Part shown: positions 1 to 12,994 of the stretch, in pieces
Layout of the letters: each line of letters starts with the position of its first letter
How positions within the stretch are numbered: position 1 is the stretch's first letter
NCBI RefSeq assembly: GCF_964204865.1
Contig: NC_135257.1
Span: 3,472,001-3,536,000 of the forward strand
Direction: 5' to 3'
From: Styela clava
Taxonomy: Eukaryota
DNA: 64,000 bases
Made by a program: the position numbers and the translations under genes
Notes under the pieces: generated by a model
Told to the model about the DNA's origin: nothing
Seen by the model: only the letters and a program-made list of their open reading frames with translations
Databases searched by the model: none

Positions 1-2031
1 GTGAAAATGTTATCATCATATTTGGGTGTATTAACTGTATATATTTTTAATTATAAGACAGTCGTTTTTTTTATTAAAAATACGTATGAATTTCTCCTGT
101 TTTCTAAAAATTCTTGAGAAATTTTTGTATTTTTTCGACAGATCTAAAAAAAAGACAACATGGGTGTGATAATAACATTATTGAAAATGAAAAAAATTGA
201 TGGCGCTTAACAAAATCCCCCTCCTCCCTTTTCAAATTTGCTGAATGCAAGCATCATACGCTATTTTGGCATTTTCATAACTTTCAAACAGTGATTGTTT
301 TCGAAACTAATACTGCAATGTGGGCATTTCAATATATATTTATATATATATATATAAATATATTCAAATTGAAATCTCCTTGATATCATTTCAAACGTCA
401 TAACAACCTTTTACATGTTGATGCCATTGATTTATTTTTTATTTTTGTTACAGTACTCATAATTGACTATTTAATTAATCTTGACCGTTTATGTCAATGA
501 TAAATATAAATGTTCGGGTGTGCTAACTTACTTTTTATTCATCAAATTCACATTTTCAAATTATTTAAAAACACCATATTTTATGGAGATATCACTTTTC
601 ATGAGTGGCAATAAAATTTTGCATTTATTTGGTGAATTCAAAGTAGGTCGTTATAGAATGAGAAAATTCTGACGAGAATTCTGATGAAATGATTTTAAAA
701 AATATTTTTCACCTGTTCTGAATTATGATTTCCAAAAGATAGTACATTTAGTTAGACCCTATAAGCTGCCGTTTTCTGAAAGTATTTTCTTGCCGCGAAA
801 ATAAAATAATGTCTTTGGATAGCCATATGACTATTTTTTATAATCCTGCTGCCTATTTTTCATAACAATTCTGCTAAAATAGCCATAACAACAACAATGT
901 TGCAATACTCAATACATTTATTATTGGATCTTTCTATATATACTACATGGCTGCATACTACAATTCTATCATAAAATGCTTCATTTTTTAATGCTGAACG
1001 TTTTGCTGCTTTTGGTCGCTGCTTTTTTTAACTTGTACTGTACATGAAATTATTTTATTATTTGAAAATTTGACGTCAAGGCGCAAAAATGCTTTGCAAT
1101 GAATGTAAAATTGATTCGTATTTACAATTTTGCTAGCGATCAAGGCGTATTCTTCTATATAAAACAGACAGATTTGTTCGATTTTTTGGTGCACCAATAT
1201 ATTTATAAACTATATTGGACAAGTACTGCTAGTTATTTGCATTAAAATTGCCGAGATTTCTAGGTAATTTATTTTGGCATCAACGACTATGTCCAGTTAT
1301 AACGTTCAAGGAATTGTACTTTTCGTTGAAACCTTCATTCATTTAGGAATTACTTGTAATTTCATAACATTTTACTCATTATTTTAACAGTGCTTGCTCG
1401 AGATGAATATAACAATTTTGTTCCCTAACACATTTACGTACTACGTTATGGATGTCTAATTATTCCTTGTTATGTCAACTTTTATTTTAATTTTAACAAA
1501 CCCACGATTTTCATTTCTTTATTTGTTTATTTTTCATATTCATTGTGCTGCACGCTTTATTTTTGTTTATGTATTGAATCAATCGTGCTTATCGTTTTCC
1601 AATTTGCTATGAAAAATAACGGAAAATTACTAATATTCGTGCCTACTCGTGGAATCTGTGGGTGCGGTCTTCTGCTGAAGTAATTCTCATGAAAAATGTC
1701 TTTTTGATTCTTAAAATGGAGACTAAATTTTTAGGAATAATTGTTTTCAGTACGGTCTTCCACGATTTATGAATTTAAACGTCATTTCCTTTTTTTATTT
1801 CTCAATTGAGCCACGAGAACAAAATGCAATAAAACATCAACACGTACATTGTTGTCGATTTTAGTTGATGGGTCTTACAGCAACAATTTTATCGATTCAA
1901 AAATAGAATACAGAGTTTCAGACCTTGGAATTACATGATCACCAGCAACATAAACATTGGGTCGTTTCAACATATTCTAAAGAGAACATAACGTTTGATC
2001 TAAACGTCCCAGATTACTGGAATTCTGATAT

Positions 2032-2257
2032 TCCTGTAGTATGTCAACCAAGATGGCGGACACCGGAACGAGGTATAGGTACCAGGTTAGGGTTAGGCCA
2101 TAATTTTATTTCAATTTCCCTCATTTTAGTTCTATTACGAGTTCGAGGAATACCCGAGTGACTCCCGTAGTATTTTTGCCTGAAATTATGGCCTAACCCC
2201 AACTTGGTACACATACTACGTTCCGATGTCCGCCATCTTGGTGCACACACTTCGGGA
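2032..2257. mobile_element. Palindromic MITE (TIR consensus ~CTCCCGAAGTATGTGCACCAAGATGGCG) with internal TTAGGG repeats
   Basis: agtatgtcaaccaagatggcggacaccggaacg ... cgttccgatgtccgccatcttggtgcacacact form inverted ends. ggttagggttagg is at ~2086-2098. Related copies at 53345-53569 and 56347-56469. Confidence 0.8.
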
Positions 2258-2936
2258 TTACTGAAATTTCTGGGTTCATTCATACACAAACAGAAATTTA
2301 ATTGTTTAATAAATTTTCTTAATTTTCGTAGAAGTAAAAAAAAAATGTAGGCTTCGGTCGAACTAGAATACGCAGACCTGACGCTTTGGTTCACTTGTAA
2401 TTTTTTTATTAATATTACTTCTATAATCTTATCATTTGTCACTATGAGTTTAGCAATGTTGACTTTAAATATAGTGAGATTGGTAGTGAATTTGGTGCTT
2501 ATTTATAACAATCGAGTATTACGACACGTTATTTTATGACCCTTTAGATCAGTGGTTCTTAAACTGGGTTCAATCGAACCCCAGGGGTTCGATGAGTCGG
2601 TATCAGGGGTTCAGCGGAGAGGAAACACCTTTGTTATAGAATTCCCGCCCTGACGTTATCTGATTGTGCAATCGGCGCAGTTTTTAAAAAAGCGTCTGTT
2701 TTGTCTTTGTAAGTAATTTCGTTGTGTAAGCGTAGTTTTCTTTTGTTCAGAGTTAGTTGTGAAGTATTACTTGATTAAAGCCTTATTAGGTTTTTAATGA
2801 GTCTGCATATTAAGTGAGTCCACTACAACAATGATCAGCATTGTTTTAATTGAAAACATTATTTTGTAGGGTCAGGGTTAGTTTTAATTTCAGACATTAA
2901 TATTTTTTATAGTATTTTAATCCCTTCATTCTAACT

Positions 2937-4676
2937 ATGTCGAAGAAAATAAGTAAGTGGTCAGATGAATATGTACAACATGGATTTACGTATATCACAG
3001 AACCTGATGGGAATCAGCGTCCTCAGTGCACCATTTGCGACGCCAAGTTGAGCAATTCTAGCTTAGCACCGGCCAAACTGAAGGATCACTTTCTAAAGAT
3101 GCATGGCGTTGGAAAATACAAGAACACAACGCTCGCTGAATTTAAAATAAAAAGAGCCAGATATGATGAAAAGGCTACTCTGCCTGTTTTTGGCTTTGTT
3201 CCCATCGACAAACCGATCCTCACAGCATCGTACGAAGTTGCATACCTGATTGCCAAACAAGGCAAACCACACACCATTGGGGAAAAACTCGTAAAACCAG
3301 CTGCGTTGAAGATGGCGAATATCATGCTCGGAAAAGCAGCTGAAAATAAATTATCTCAAATTCCTCTTTCGAATGACACTATCAGCAAAAGAATTGATAA
3401 GATGAGCGATGACATTTTGGCTCAAATAATTTCAGACTTGATTTTGAGCCCGGCAAAATTTAGTCTCCAACTTGACGAGACCACCGACGTTGCCAGTCTA
3501 AGCCAGCTTGCTGTATTCGTGCGCTATGTGAAAGAAGACGTGATAAAGGAAGATTTTTTATTTTGTCAGCCTCTAACAACATCAACTAAGGCTATTGACG
3601 TTAAGAAACTTGTGGATAATTTCTTCAGAAACAACGATCTTTCGTGGGATATGGTTTGTGCAATTTGTTCGGACGGAGCCCCAGCCATGTTAGGGCGAAA
3701 ATCTGGTTTTGGTGCGCTAGTGAAAGCCGATGCACCACACATAACTTAACGCATTGTCTTCTGCACAGGTATGCGTTAGCAACAAAAACCTTCAAAACTC
3801 TCCAAAATTGGCAGAAGTATTAACAATTGTGGTGGAATGTGTGAACTATGTGCGAAATAGTGCTTTGAAGCACCGCATATCCAAGGACCTGTGCAATGAA
3901 ATGGGCTCTGAAATCGAGGTACTTCTGTACTATTCTAACGTTCGGTGGTTGTCCCGAGGAAAAGTGCTGAACCGTGTTTTCGCCTTGCGTGTGGGATTAG
4001 CCGTGTTTTTGCGAGAGCACCAACACTGTCATGCAGATTGTTTTGAAAATTCTGAGTTCATTCTCGTTTTGGCATACATGGCCGATATCTTCGGAGCTCT
4101 CAACCAACAGATGCAGGGTGGTGGAGTCAACATTATCGAAGCGGAAGAACATCTGAAGGCTTTTCAAAAAAAAATCGAACTATGGAAACGACGAACAGAG
4201 AATGATAACTTCGCTAATTTTCCTCTGTTGGATGACTGTATAAGTGAGATCGAAGATGTGTTCGGAAATGGGAACATTTCCGTACCCACAGAACTGAAAC
4301 AAGCAATTTCCTTGCACTTAGATGAGCTCACAAAGTCTCTCGACGGATACTTCCCGAACAGAGAGTCATATCCAGCATGGGTGAGACAGCCATTCACGTT
4401 TAGTGTTGATAAAGCAGATGTCAATGATAAATACCTTGATGAAATCATTGAACTTCAGCAGAGCCAGGATCAACAGCAACTCTTCAGAACAACAACGCTC
4501 TCAAAGTTTTGGTGTCACCAAATCGTAGCTTACCCTCTTCTTGCTAAGAAAGCCCTTGAGATACTTATACCGTTTGTTACAACGTATCTTTGCGAGAAGT
4601 CATTTTCTACGATGGTAGACATAAAAACTGAAAAAAGGAACAGACTTTGTTGCGAAAATGACATGAGAGTGGCACT
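2937..4676 (+). pseudogene. hAT Buster-family transposase (ZBED8/SCAND3/FAM200-like), frameshifted
   Basis: BED finger PQCTIC...DHFLKMH, catalytic LDETTD, SDGA and LCEKSF, and VRWLS. The CxxH motif (THCLLHRYAL) sits in a third frame at ~3749-3795, so there are two frameshifts. The C-terminus is cut off by the LTR insertion. Confidence 0.92.
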
Positions 4677-5529
4677 TGTGACATCGAGAATCGCATTCAC
4701 TTGATTTTTGTATTGACTTAAACATTGCGTCCGTTTAACTTGTGTAGTAATTTATTTGTTATTGTTGACGCCGTAATTTCACTTGATTGACAGTGTGCTT
4801 CTACACACTTTGTTACGAAACAATTGAGAGAGTCTTCGTGGCAATTGCTTGCCCAGACATGTCTCGCTTAGACATGGATAGTTTCGGTAATTTGCTTTAG
4901 ATAGCGCTTTACTTTTGCAGAGAATGGCGCTCGTTTCGTTGTAATTTGTAAATAAGTTAAACTTGTTCAGCGACCTTGGTTTTTTGTTTTGACTGTAGGA
5001 CGATTAAATAATGTAGATTATGGCTGCCCACCTAGGCCTAACTTAGGGATATTTTATGAGCATTAAATGGCTTTTTGTGATTGATTTTACAGTTATAGTT
5101 TATTTAATTGATTTGTTCGGATTTCATTGACGAATGATTTCATGTTCAACTTATGATAATTTAAGCCTGGAATAGCAGACAAATTCGGTATGTTATAATT
5201 TGTAACTCTTTCTGATTTAAAGGCTGCAAGTTATTCAATAGTAATTTGGTTCGACTTAATAATTAACTATGTTTGATAATTGTGTTCATAAATTTGAGTA
5301 GGCTTTCTAAAGGCCGAATTGTGTATAATTATTTATTTATTGCAAGTATTTTGTATTGATTTGTTTTTACGTTTGTATTAAGATAACCGTGTCAACTGTA
5401 TACCTCGAGTTGTGTGATTTTCTGGATTGAGGATACAAACTTGGGGCTTGAAAGACCGCGTTATTGAACTGTTAATAAATATCTAGTGTGCAGTCGGTGT
5501 CGTCCAGGTCACAAAGAACGGCTGTTACA
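4677..5529 (+). repeat. 5' LTR (853 bp)
   Basis: Direct repeat of 11857-12709. I counted 8 substitutions and no indels by eye (~99% identity). Confidence 0.97.
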
Positions 5530-5718
5530 TTAAAGTTATCGAATTTCCGCAAATAAAGTTATCAAATTTATGCAAATAAAGTCATCTGATTTGCATAACA
5601 AAAGTTTCGTCGAATGCCGGCAGGAGTTCGGTAAATCGTCAAAATTGAAGAAATCATCCTAGTGTTGAACATTTAAACTTTTGTGTTGCTTGTTTGATGA
5701 GCACTGTAATTGTACATT

Positions 5719-7134
5719 ATGGACGCAGAATCTGTTTCGAAATCAAATTTAGAAGAGTTACGTGCTCGTATGAAGGAATTATATCAAGATGCTGAGGGAC
5801 TTATGTCAGACTACAAAAATCGAGATTTGTTGAAATTGAAAAGTGCTGACATTGACAAACGGTTCACCGAGTATTCAAATGCTCATGAAATATATGTGAG
5901 TACTTTACGTTCTGAAGAAGATCGAAGAAATGTCAGTGAATTTTTCCAGTGTGAACTGCGCGAGTTTCAAGAATTTAATGTGCACTTACGTGATTGGTTC
6001 AAAAAGAGTGACGCTGATGGTCATAAATCATCGACACATAGCCCTGAAGCACGTTCTGTAATTTCTGGAAAAAGTTCCCGTCGTTCATGTGCCAGTTTAA
6101 GTTCGAGTACTAAACGTACAGAAGCTATTGCCATTAGAGAACTTGCTCATGCTAGTATTTGGCAGCAAGTAGAAAAAGATGCCGCAAAAAAGCGAGAACA
6201 TGATGCTAAAATGGCAGCGGATAAAATGAAATTAGATGCTCAACTTGAAGCTGAAAGACTAGAGCAAGAAGCGCAAAGACTTAAACATGAAGCCATGGAA
6301 AATGCTAGAAAGCAAGAGCAGGAAGCCCGAATGAAGGCTGAAAAGCTCAAACGTGACGCTGAAATAAGAGCTAGAGAAATCGAAGAGGATGCTCAAAGTG
6401 GAACGAAGCGTTTGGAATTGAAGCATGCATATGAATCAGCCTGTATAGCTGCCGATGTATGGGAAAATGCTTCGCAGGGAGGTGAAGGTATGTCATTATA
6501 TGAAAATATGTCTCGTTCACATTCACCTAATCAAATCCAAGAGTCGAATGAAATAGTGGTTCCAGTATTAAAGCCTCCTGATGTGAGACCTAAATTGCCA
6601 GCATTAGATTTGTTATCACAATCTCGAGTCAGAATGGAAAATCCTGTACTAAATGTTAGAAGACCTGCTTCTACTGATACTGTGCGAGATGCTGTGAATG
6701 TGAATATTCCTGATCAGTATGAATCAGTGAACCGACCGCCGTACACAGAACCACACATCCCACAACAAAGAAACACGCATGATCAATCGGCAATAAATGT
6801 GGAAAGTTTATTGGGCAATATGGCATCTATGTTGCAAGACGGAATTGATAGACCTCGACCTGAGTTATTGCATTTTAGTGGAATAGAGACTGAATATGTC
6901 CGGTTTATCACTACCTTCAACTTAAATATTGATAGAAGAGTACATGATACAAGTACAAAGTTGTCATATTTGGTACAATACTGTGAAGGTGATGCGAGGG
7001 AAGTGATTATGCACTGTACAATGTTGCCACCCGACGAAGGTTATAAAGAGGCATGCGATTTGCTCAGAAAGACATACGGTCGACCAATGCTTGTGGCTAG
7101 AAAATATTCAGAAAAGTTGACTAAAGGACCATGA
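5719..7134 (+). CDS. BEL/Pao gag N-terminal part (coiled coil plus DUF1759-like region)
   Basis: ATG 5719. Charged coiled-coil stretch, then FSG...KLSYLVQYCEGDA...GY.EA..LL...YG. Frameshift at ~7131 into the downstream ORF. Confidence 0.85.
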   Translation: MDAESVSKSNLEELRARMKELYQDAEGLMSDYKNRDLLKLKSADIDKRFTEYSNAHEIYVSTLRSEEDRRNVSEFFQCELREFQEFNVHLRDWFKKSDADGHKSSTHSPEARSVISGKSSRRSCASLSSSTKRTEAIAIRELAHASIWQQVEKDAAKKREHDAKMAADKMKLDAQLEAERLEQEAQRLKHEAMENARKQEQEARMKAEKLKRDAEIRAREIEEDAQSGTKRLELKHAYESACIAADVWENASQGGEGMSLYENMSRSHSPNQIQESNEIVVPVLKPPDVRPKLPALDLLSQSRVRMENPVLNVRRPASTDTVRDAVNVNIPDQYESVNRPPYTEPHIPQQRNTHDQSAINVESLLGNMASMLQDGIDRPRPELLHFSGIETEYVRFITTFNLNIDRRVHDTSTKLSYLVQYCEGDAREVIMHCTMLPPDEGYKEACDLLRKTYGRPMLVARKYSEKLTKGP

Positions 7135-10100
7135 TTGAAAGTTTGAAACCTGGAGATAATGAAGGTTTATTACGTCTTTCTCAAACATTAGAAGAATGTT
7201 TAGTCACTTTGACTCATTTGAAATATTTTGGGGATTTGGATAATTTTGATACTATTTTGTCCATCGTATTACGACTTCCTCTCAAGTTGCAGAACAACTG
7301 GAAAGAATCAGTGGCAGAATTAGATGGACAAGATAGAGAAGTGAGATTTAAAGATCTTGTTCGATTTATGAAGAAAAAGGCTGCGGCTGCAAATACGCCT
7401 TTTGGAAAAGCCTTGAGAGCTCGAAGGGAGCAAGAACAGCAATATCGTTTACGATTTCAATCATTGAATAGGCGAAAGATTCACGCTCATTCAACTGCTG
7501 TGAATTCAGCTGTTGACAGCAGTGTTACCAGTGCAAAACATATTGAAAAGGGAAGAGATGTCTGTCCTGACTGTTTAAAGACGTCACACAAACTTGTTGA
7601 CTGTTACAAATTCCTGCAGAAGTCACACGGTGACCGCTTGAAGATTGTTAGAAAGGCAAGATTGTGCGATAATTGTTTTGTATATGGTCATATGTCGAGA
7701 AATTGTCGTAAACCACCTGCTTGTACTGTTGACGGGTGTAGGTTGAAACATAATACTTTATTGCATAGAAGAGAACAAGAGACATGTACCCAGACAGAAA
7801 ATGCTGCTGGTATAAATGAGTCAAAAGTTGAAGCATATGCGACTTCAAAAAGCTCAGCAGGATGTTTTTTGAATATTGTACCTGTCAAGATCTGTGCCAA
7901 CAGAAGAGAGATAGAAACGTATGCATTTCTAGATGAACGCTCTACTGCTTGCTTATGCGATGAGCGACTTCTTGATCTATTGAAGTTGAGAGGCAAGAAA
8001 ACGCAGTTTTCGTTGACAACTGTGAATGCGGTACCAACATCACAAGATGGTTATGCGGTTGATTTTACTGTAAAATCACTTGATGGTAGAGAAAGTGTTG
8101 ATTTATCTCATGTGCTAACTGTTGATAGACTGCCTGTTAAAGCTAATGAAGCACAATTTGATGTACAAAGTTATGCACATTTGAAGGGATTGAAGATTCC
8201 TACTCTGCCGTGTAAAGACGTGATGTTGATGATTGGGGTAAATGTCCCTAAAGTGTTTTGGACAATGGATGAGAAACGAGGGAAACACAATGAACCTTCG
8301 GCGAAGAAATCCATTTTAGGATGGTCATTGGTTGGACCAGCTTTATCTCAGGAGAGAAACAGTGATGTTCACATTCATTGCGTTCAAGTGCAAGAGGAAG
8401 ACTTGCTGAGTCAGCAAATCAAATGTTTGTGGGAAAGTGATTTTAAAGACGCTTCACTGTCGCCTATTCCATCAATGTCTAAGGAAGACAAATACGCATT
8501 GCAATTGATGGAAGATTCAGTTGAGATCGTGGACGGACATTATCAGTTACCATTGCCATGGAAGCCAGGATGTCCTGATTTGCCAGACAATCGAAGTGTT
8601 GCGATGAAACGCTTAAAGTACATTGAACGAAAATTGAAGAGTGATCCTGTTTTGAAAAAGAAGTACTGTGATACTATGGAGAAATATATTAGTCTTGGAT
8701 TTGCAAAGCGTATCTCGAATGAATATAAAGTTGGCCGTAAAGGTGCAGTTTCGTACTTGCCTCATCACCCTGTGTTTTCTGAACAAAAGCCAGGCAAGGT
8801 ACGCGTTGTCTTTGACGCTGCATCACGTTGCATGAATACTTCCTTGAATGACCAACTATTGAGAGGCCCGGATTCGGCAAATTCTCTACTTGGAACTCTT
8901 CTCCGCTTTAGACAACCAGAAATAGCTATTGTGGCTGACATTGAAGCAATGTTCCATCAGGTGAAAGTACACCCGAAGGATTGGAATGTATTGCGATTTA
9001 TGTGGTGGCCTGGAGGTGATTTGTCACAGGATCCATCAGAATATTTTATGGTCAGGCACATATTTGGTAGCGTCTCATCTCCATTTTGTGCTAATTGGAG
9101 TCTGAAGAAGACAGCTCAAGATCATCAAGATGAATTTGACGAAAATGTTGTTAAAGGAGTTGAGCGAAATTTTTATGTTGATGATTACCTGAATGGCTCA
9201 TCTACTGTAGACCAGGGAATTCATATTGTTCGAGAAACGAATAAATTGCTGGAGAAAAAAGGATTTCATCTAGCAAAGTGGAAAAGTTCCAATCCTGAAG
9301 TTCTGTCAGAGATTCCTGCTAAAGACAGAGCAGACACTGCGTCAAGTGTAAACTTAATACCTGAAAAGATCGATCGAGTACTCGGAATAAAGTGGAATAT
9401 CCAAGAAGATTGTTTTGGATTTGATGTTAATGTGAAATCAAAACCCGCAACAAAACGAGGGATTTTGTCTGTACTCAGTTCGATATTTGACCCGATGGGA
9501 ATAGTGGCACCTGTAATACTAAAGGCAAGGATATTGATGCAGCAGTTATGTCGAAATAATTATGAATGGGACGATGAAATATCGAATAGTGAAAATATAT
9601 TGTGGAACAGATGGCTCGAAGATATTCCCGGACTTGAGAATATATTCATGCAAAGATGTTTTGTGCCGTCTGGTTTTGGCAATATTGTGACTCGTCAAAT
9701 ACACCATTTTGCAGATGGCTCAGCAGTTGCCTATGGAACTGTATCGTATTTGCGACTAATCAATGAAGATGGGAAGATTCATGTTGCGTTTCTCTTAGGA
9801 AAAGTTCGACTTGCACCCATCAAAACTGTTTCAATACCACGGCTGGAGTTGACTGCTGCCGCTCTTGCAGTCAAATTAGATTTATTCCTGAGACGTGAAT
9901 TAGACTTCGAAGAAATAGAGTCGATGTTTTGGACAGACTCAACTTCCGTGCTTTTGAGTATTAATAATACATCACGAAGATTTCCAACATTTGTGGCAAA
10001 TCGACTTGCAAAGATTGAAGAGGGATCGAATGCTTTGCAGTGGAGATATGTACCTACAGATTTTAATCCGGCAGACGATGCATCCAGAGGGTTGTCGGTA

Positions 10101-11771
10101 CTATCGTTGATGGATGAACGATGGCTGAAGGGACCATCATTTCTCCAAGAGCAAGAGGAACATTGGCCTAAACCGCCAGTACAGTTACCTGAGCTTCCTG
10201 ATGAATTTGTAAGATGCAAGCCACGAGTTGTTGCGAATTATGTTTCTGAGTTTGATTTGAAGCCAATGGATAAATTTATTTCATATTTCTCAACATGGTA
10301 TAAATTGAAAAAGGCAAGTGCATGGATGATTCGATTTAAAGAATACCTTCATAAGAAGAAGAAATATAAGTGCAATGAGTAACTTGAAGTTGAAGAATTG
10401 CGAGTTGCTGGAGACGACATTTTGAAATACATACAGAGACAAGAATTTGGCGAAGTTATTGATGCATTGCAGAAAGCCAATCATAGAAGTACATCTGGGA
10501 AACAAGTACTGAAGAGATTGAAGATTGCAAATTTCCTGCATAAACTCAATCCGATTATGAAAGATGGCTTCATCAGAGTTGGTGGGAGATTGAGAAATGC
10601 ACCGGTTGATTTCGATGTTAAACATCCGATTATACTTCCACAAAAACATCATGTAACTGAGATGATTATAAGAGAACATCATGTATCTACACATCATTCT
10701 GGTATGGGGAGTACATGGACTTCTCTGAGACAACGATTTTGGATCGTTAAAGGAGGCGCTATGGTGAAATCTGTTATCAGAAAATGCATGTTTTGTCGAA
10801 GAAGAAGTTCACCTGTGAGTAAACAGATTATGGCAGATCTTCCGAAAGAAAGAGTCACACCAGGTGAAAGACCATTTACCTATGTTGGAGTGGATTACTT
10901 CGGACATTTTCTTGTAAAGCAAGGACGAAGTACTGTCAAGAGGTGGGGCTGTATATTTACATGCATGACAACTCGTGCCGTACACTTGGAAGTTGCATAC
11001 TCGATGGATGCAGATTCATTCATAAATGCGTTAAGAAGATCTATTGCACGTAGAAGTAGACCATTCAAGTTCATCTGTGACAACGGTAGTAACTTCGTTG
11101 CAACAAATAAAATCCTACGTAAAGAAATAGAAGTTTGGAATTCAAGCAAAGTTGGACAATTTTTGCGTCAGGAGAATATTAAATTTCATTTCAATCCACC
11201 TACTGCTTCTAATTTTGGAGGATGTTACGAAAGATTAATTCGGTCAGTTCGAAAGATTTTGGTTGCTCTCTTACACGATCAGTTGGTGTCAGATGAAGCT
11301 TTGGCTACTATTTTTTGTGAAGTGGAATCACAGTTGAATTCCAGACCCATCACTCCAATAAGTTTCGATCCGAAAGATGATGAGCCACTCACTCCAAATC
11401 ACTTGCTGTTACTGAATCCTACAAGTAATTTACCTCCTGGCATATTCGACAAAAAGGACTGTTACACTCGACGAAGAGGGCGACAAATTCAGTATTTAGC
11501 TGATCAGTTTTGGATCAGATGGACCAAAGAATACTTACCCACACTTCAGACACGACAGAAATGGACCTCTAAAGAACGTAATATGGAAGTTGGTGATATT
11601 GTGCTACTTGTAGACAATACTATATCCAGGGGGAAGTGGCAGACTGGACGTGTTATGGAAACTACACCTGATAAACTTGGAGCTGTGCGTCAAGTTACTG
11701 TGAAGACATCCAGGGGTTTATTGAGAAGGCCAATTGCAAAGTTGTGCTTGATTCATAGAGTTAATGAGTAA
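7131..11771 (+). pseudogene. BEL/Pao gag-pol remainder (Zn knuckles, protease, RT, RNase H, integrase) with one in-frame stop
   Basis: Three Cys/His knuckles (CPDC..H...C, CDNC...H...C, CTVDGC..H...LH), protease AFLDERS, RT FYVDD, RNase H FADGS/RLEL/WTDS/NPADDASRG, integrase HHCC plus GVDYFG/CDNGSN/GGCYER. TAA at 10380-10382 is in frame with the 10398 ORF. Confidence 0.93.
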
Positions 11772-11856
11772 AATGTTTTCAAGTGTGTGATATCCTCGAT
11801 GTAAGAAACTTGTGAGTAAGATGTTTTCACTGGGTTCCAACATCTGGCTGGGGGAA

Positions 11857-12709
11857 TGTTACATCGAGAATTGCATTCACTTGATTTTTGTATTGACTTA
11901 AACATTGCGTCCGTTTAACTTGTGTAGTAATTTATTTGTTATTGTTGACGCCGTAATTTCACTTGATTGACAGTGTGCTTCTACACACTTTGTTACGAAA
12001 CAATTGAGAGAGTCTTCGTGGCAATTGCTTGCCCAGACATGTCTCGCTTAGACATGGATAGTTTCGGTAATTTGCTTTAGATAGCGCTTTACTTTTGCAG
12101 AGAATGGCGCTCGTTTCGTTGTAATTTGTAAATAAGTTAAACTTGTTCAGCGACCTTGGTTTTTTGTTTTGACTGTAGGACGATTAAATAATGTAGATTA
12201 TGGCTGCCCACCTAGGCCTAATTTAGGGATATTTTATGAGCATTAAATGGATTTTTGTGATTGATTTTACAGTTATAGTTTATTTAATTGATTTGTTCGG
12301 ATTTCATTGACGAATGATTTCATGTTCAACTTATGATAATTTAAGCCTGGAATAGCAGACAAATTCGGTATGTTATAATTTGTAACTCTTTCTGATTTGA
12401 AGGCTGCAAGTTATTCAATAGTAATTTGGTTCGACTTAATAATTAACTATGTTTGATAATTGTGTTCATAAATTTGAGTAGGCTTTCTAAAGGCCGAATT
12501 GTGTATGATTATTTATTTATTGCAAGTATTTTGTATTGATTTGTTTTTACGTTTGTATTAAGATAACCGTGTCAACTGTATACTTCGAGTTGTGTGATTT
12601 TCTGGATTGAGGATACAAACTTGGGGCTTGAAAGACCGCGTTATTGAACTGTTAATAAATATCTAGTGTGCAGTCGGTGTCGTCCAGGTCACATAGAACG
12701 GCTGTTACA
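11857..12709 (+). repeat. 3' LTR (853 bp)
   Basis: Runs tgttacatcgag...ggctgttaca, preceded by the PPT and followed by TSD gcact. Confidence 0.97.
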
Positions 12710-12778
12710 GCACTTTCCAAGGTCAAGCCACGCATTTCTAGAATTGTTTCTGAAATGCAACAGCATAAAACGCATTGA
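12710..12778 (+). pseudogene. Displaced C-terminal tail of the Buster transposase
   Basis: Removing the LTR element and one TSD copy rejoins ...DMRVAL to SKVKPRISRIVSEMQQHKTH* (TGA 12776-12778), a typical Buster C-terminus. Confidence 0.9.
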
Positions 12779-12994
12779 TTTGTAGTAAATATTTATTGAG
12801 TTGTGTTTTTCTGTGGAATTCATGTTTTGTTCGTTTTCTTTCTTTGAATAATAAGATCTTATGTGCAACAGATGCATAGTTCACTTTAGGCTCAAGTTTG
12901 TTAACAGATATAATTTGAATTTCAACGAAGGGTTCGGTGAATGCCTGCATAAAACTTGCGGGGTTCGGTACCTCCAAAAGTTTAAGAATCACTG

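Larger units (their letters stand above)
4677..12709 (+). mobile_element. Full-length BEL/Pao LTR retrotransposon
   Basis: Two TG...CA LTRs, 5-bp TSD gcact (4672-4676 and 12710-12714), purine tract ggctgggggaa before the 3' LTR, and domain order gag-PR-RT-RNaseH-IN. Confidence 0.97.
2550..12994 (+). mobile_element. Buster/Charlie-type hAT DNA transposon, interrupted by a BEL/Pao retrotransposon
   Basis: 16-bp TIRs cagtggttcttaaact (2550) and agtttaagaatcactg (ends 12994), one mismatch. 8-bp TA-centred TSD ctttagat (2542-2549) versus c(g)tttagat (12995-13003). Transposase lies inside. Confidence 0.93.

Noticed and set aside
1925-2031. HWVVS resembling a Ulp1 protease catalytic His
   Set aside because: Too short, with no Cys-containing motif. 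The rest of the ORF is MITE sequence.
3086-11149. Minus-strand ORFs within the hAT and BEL coding regions
   Set aside because: Antisense shadows of real ORFs with no motifs of their own.
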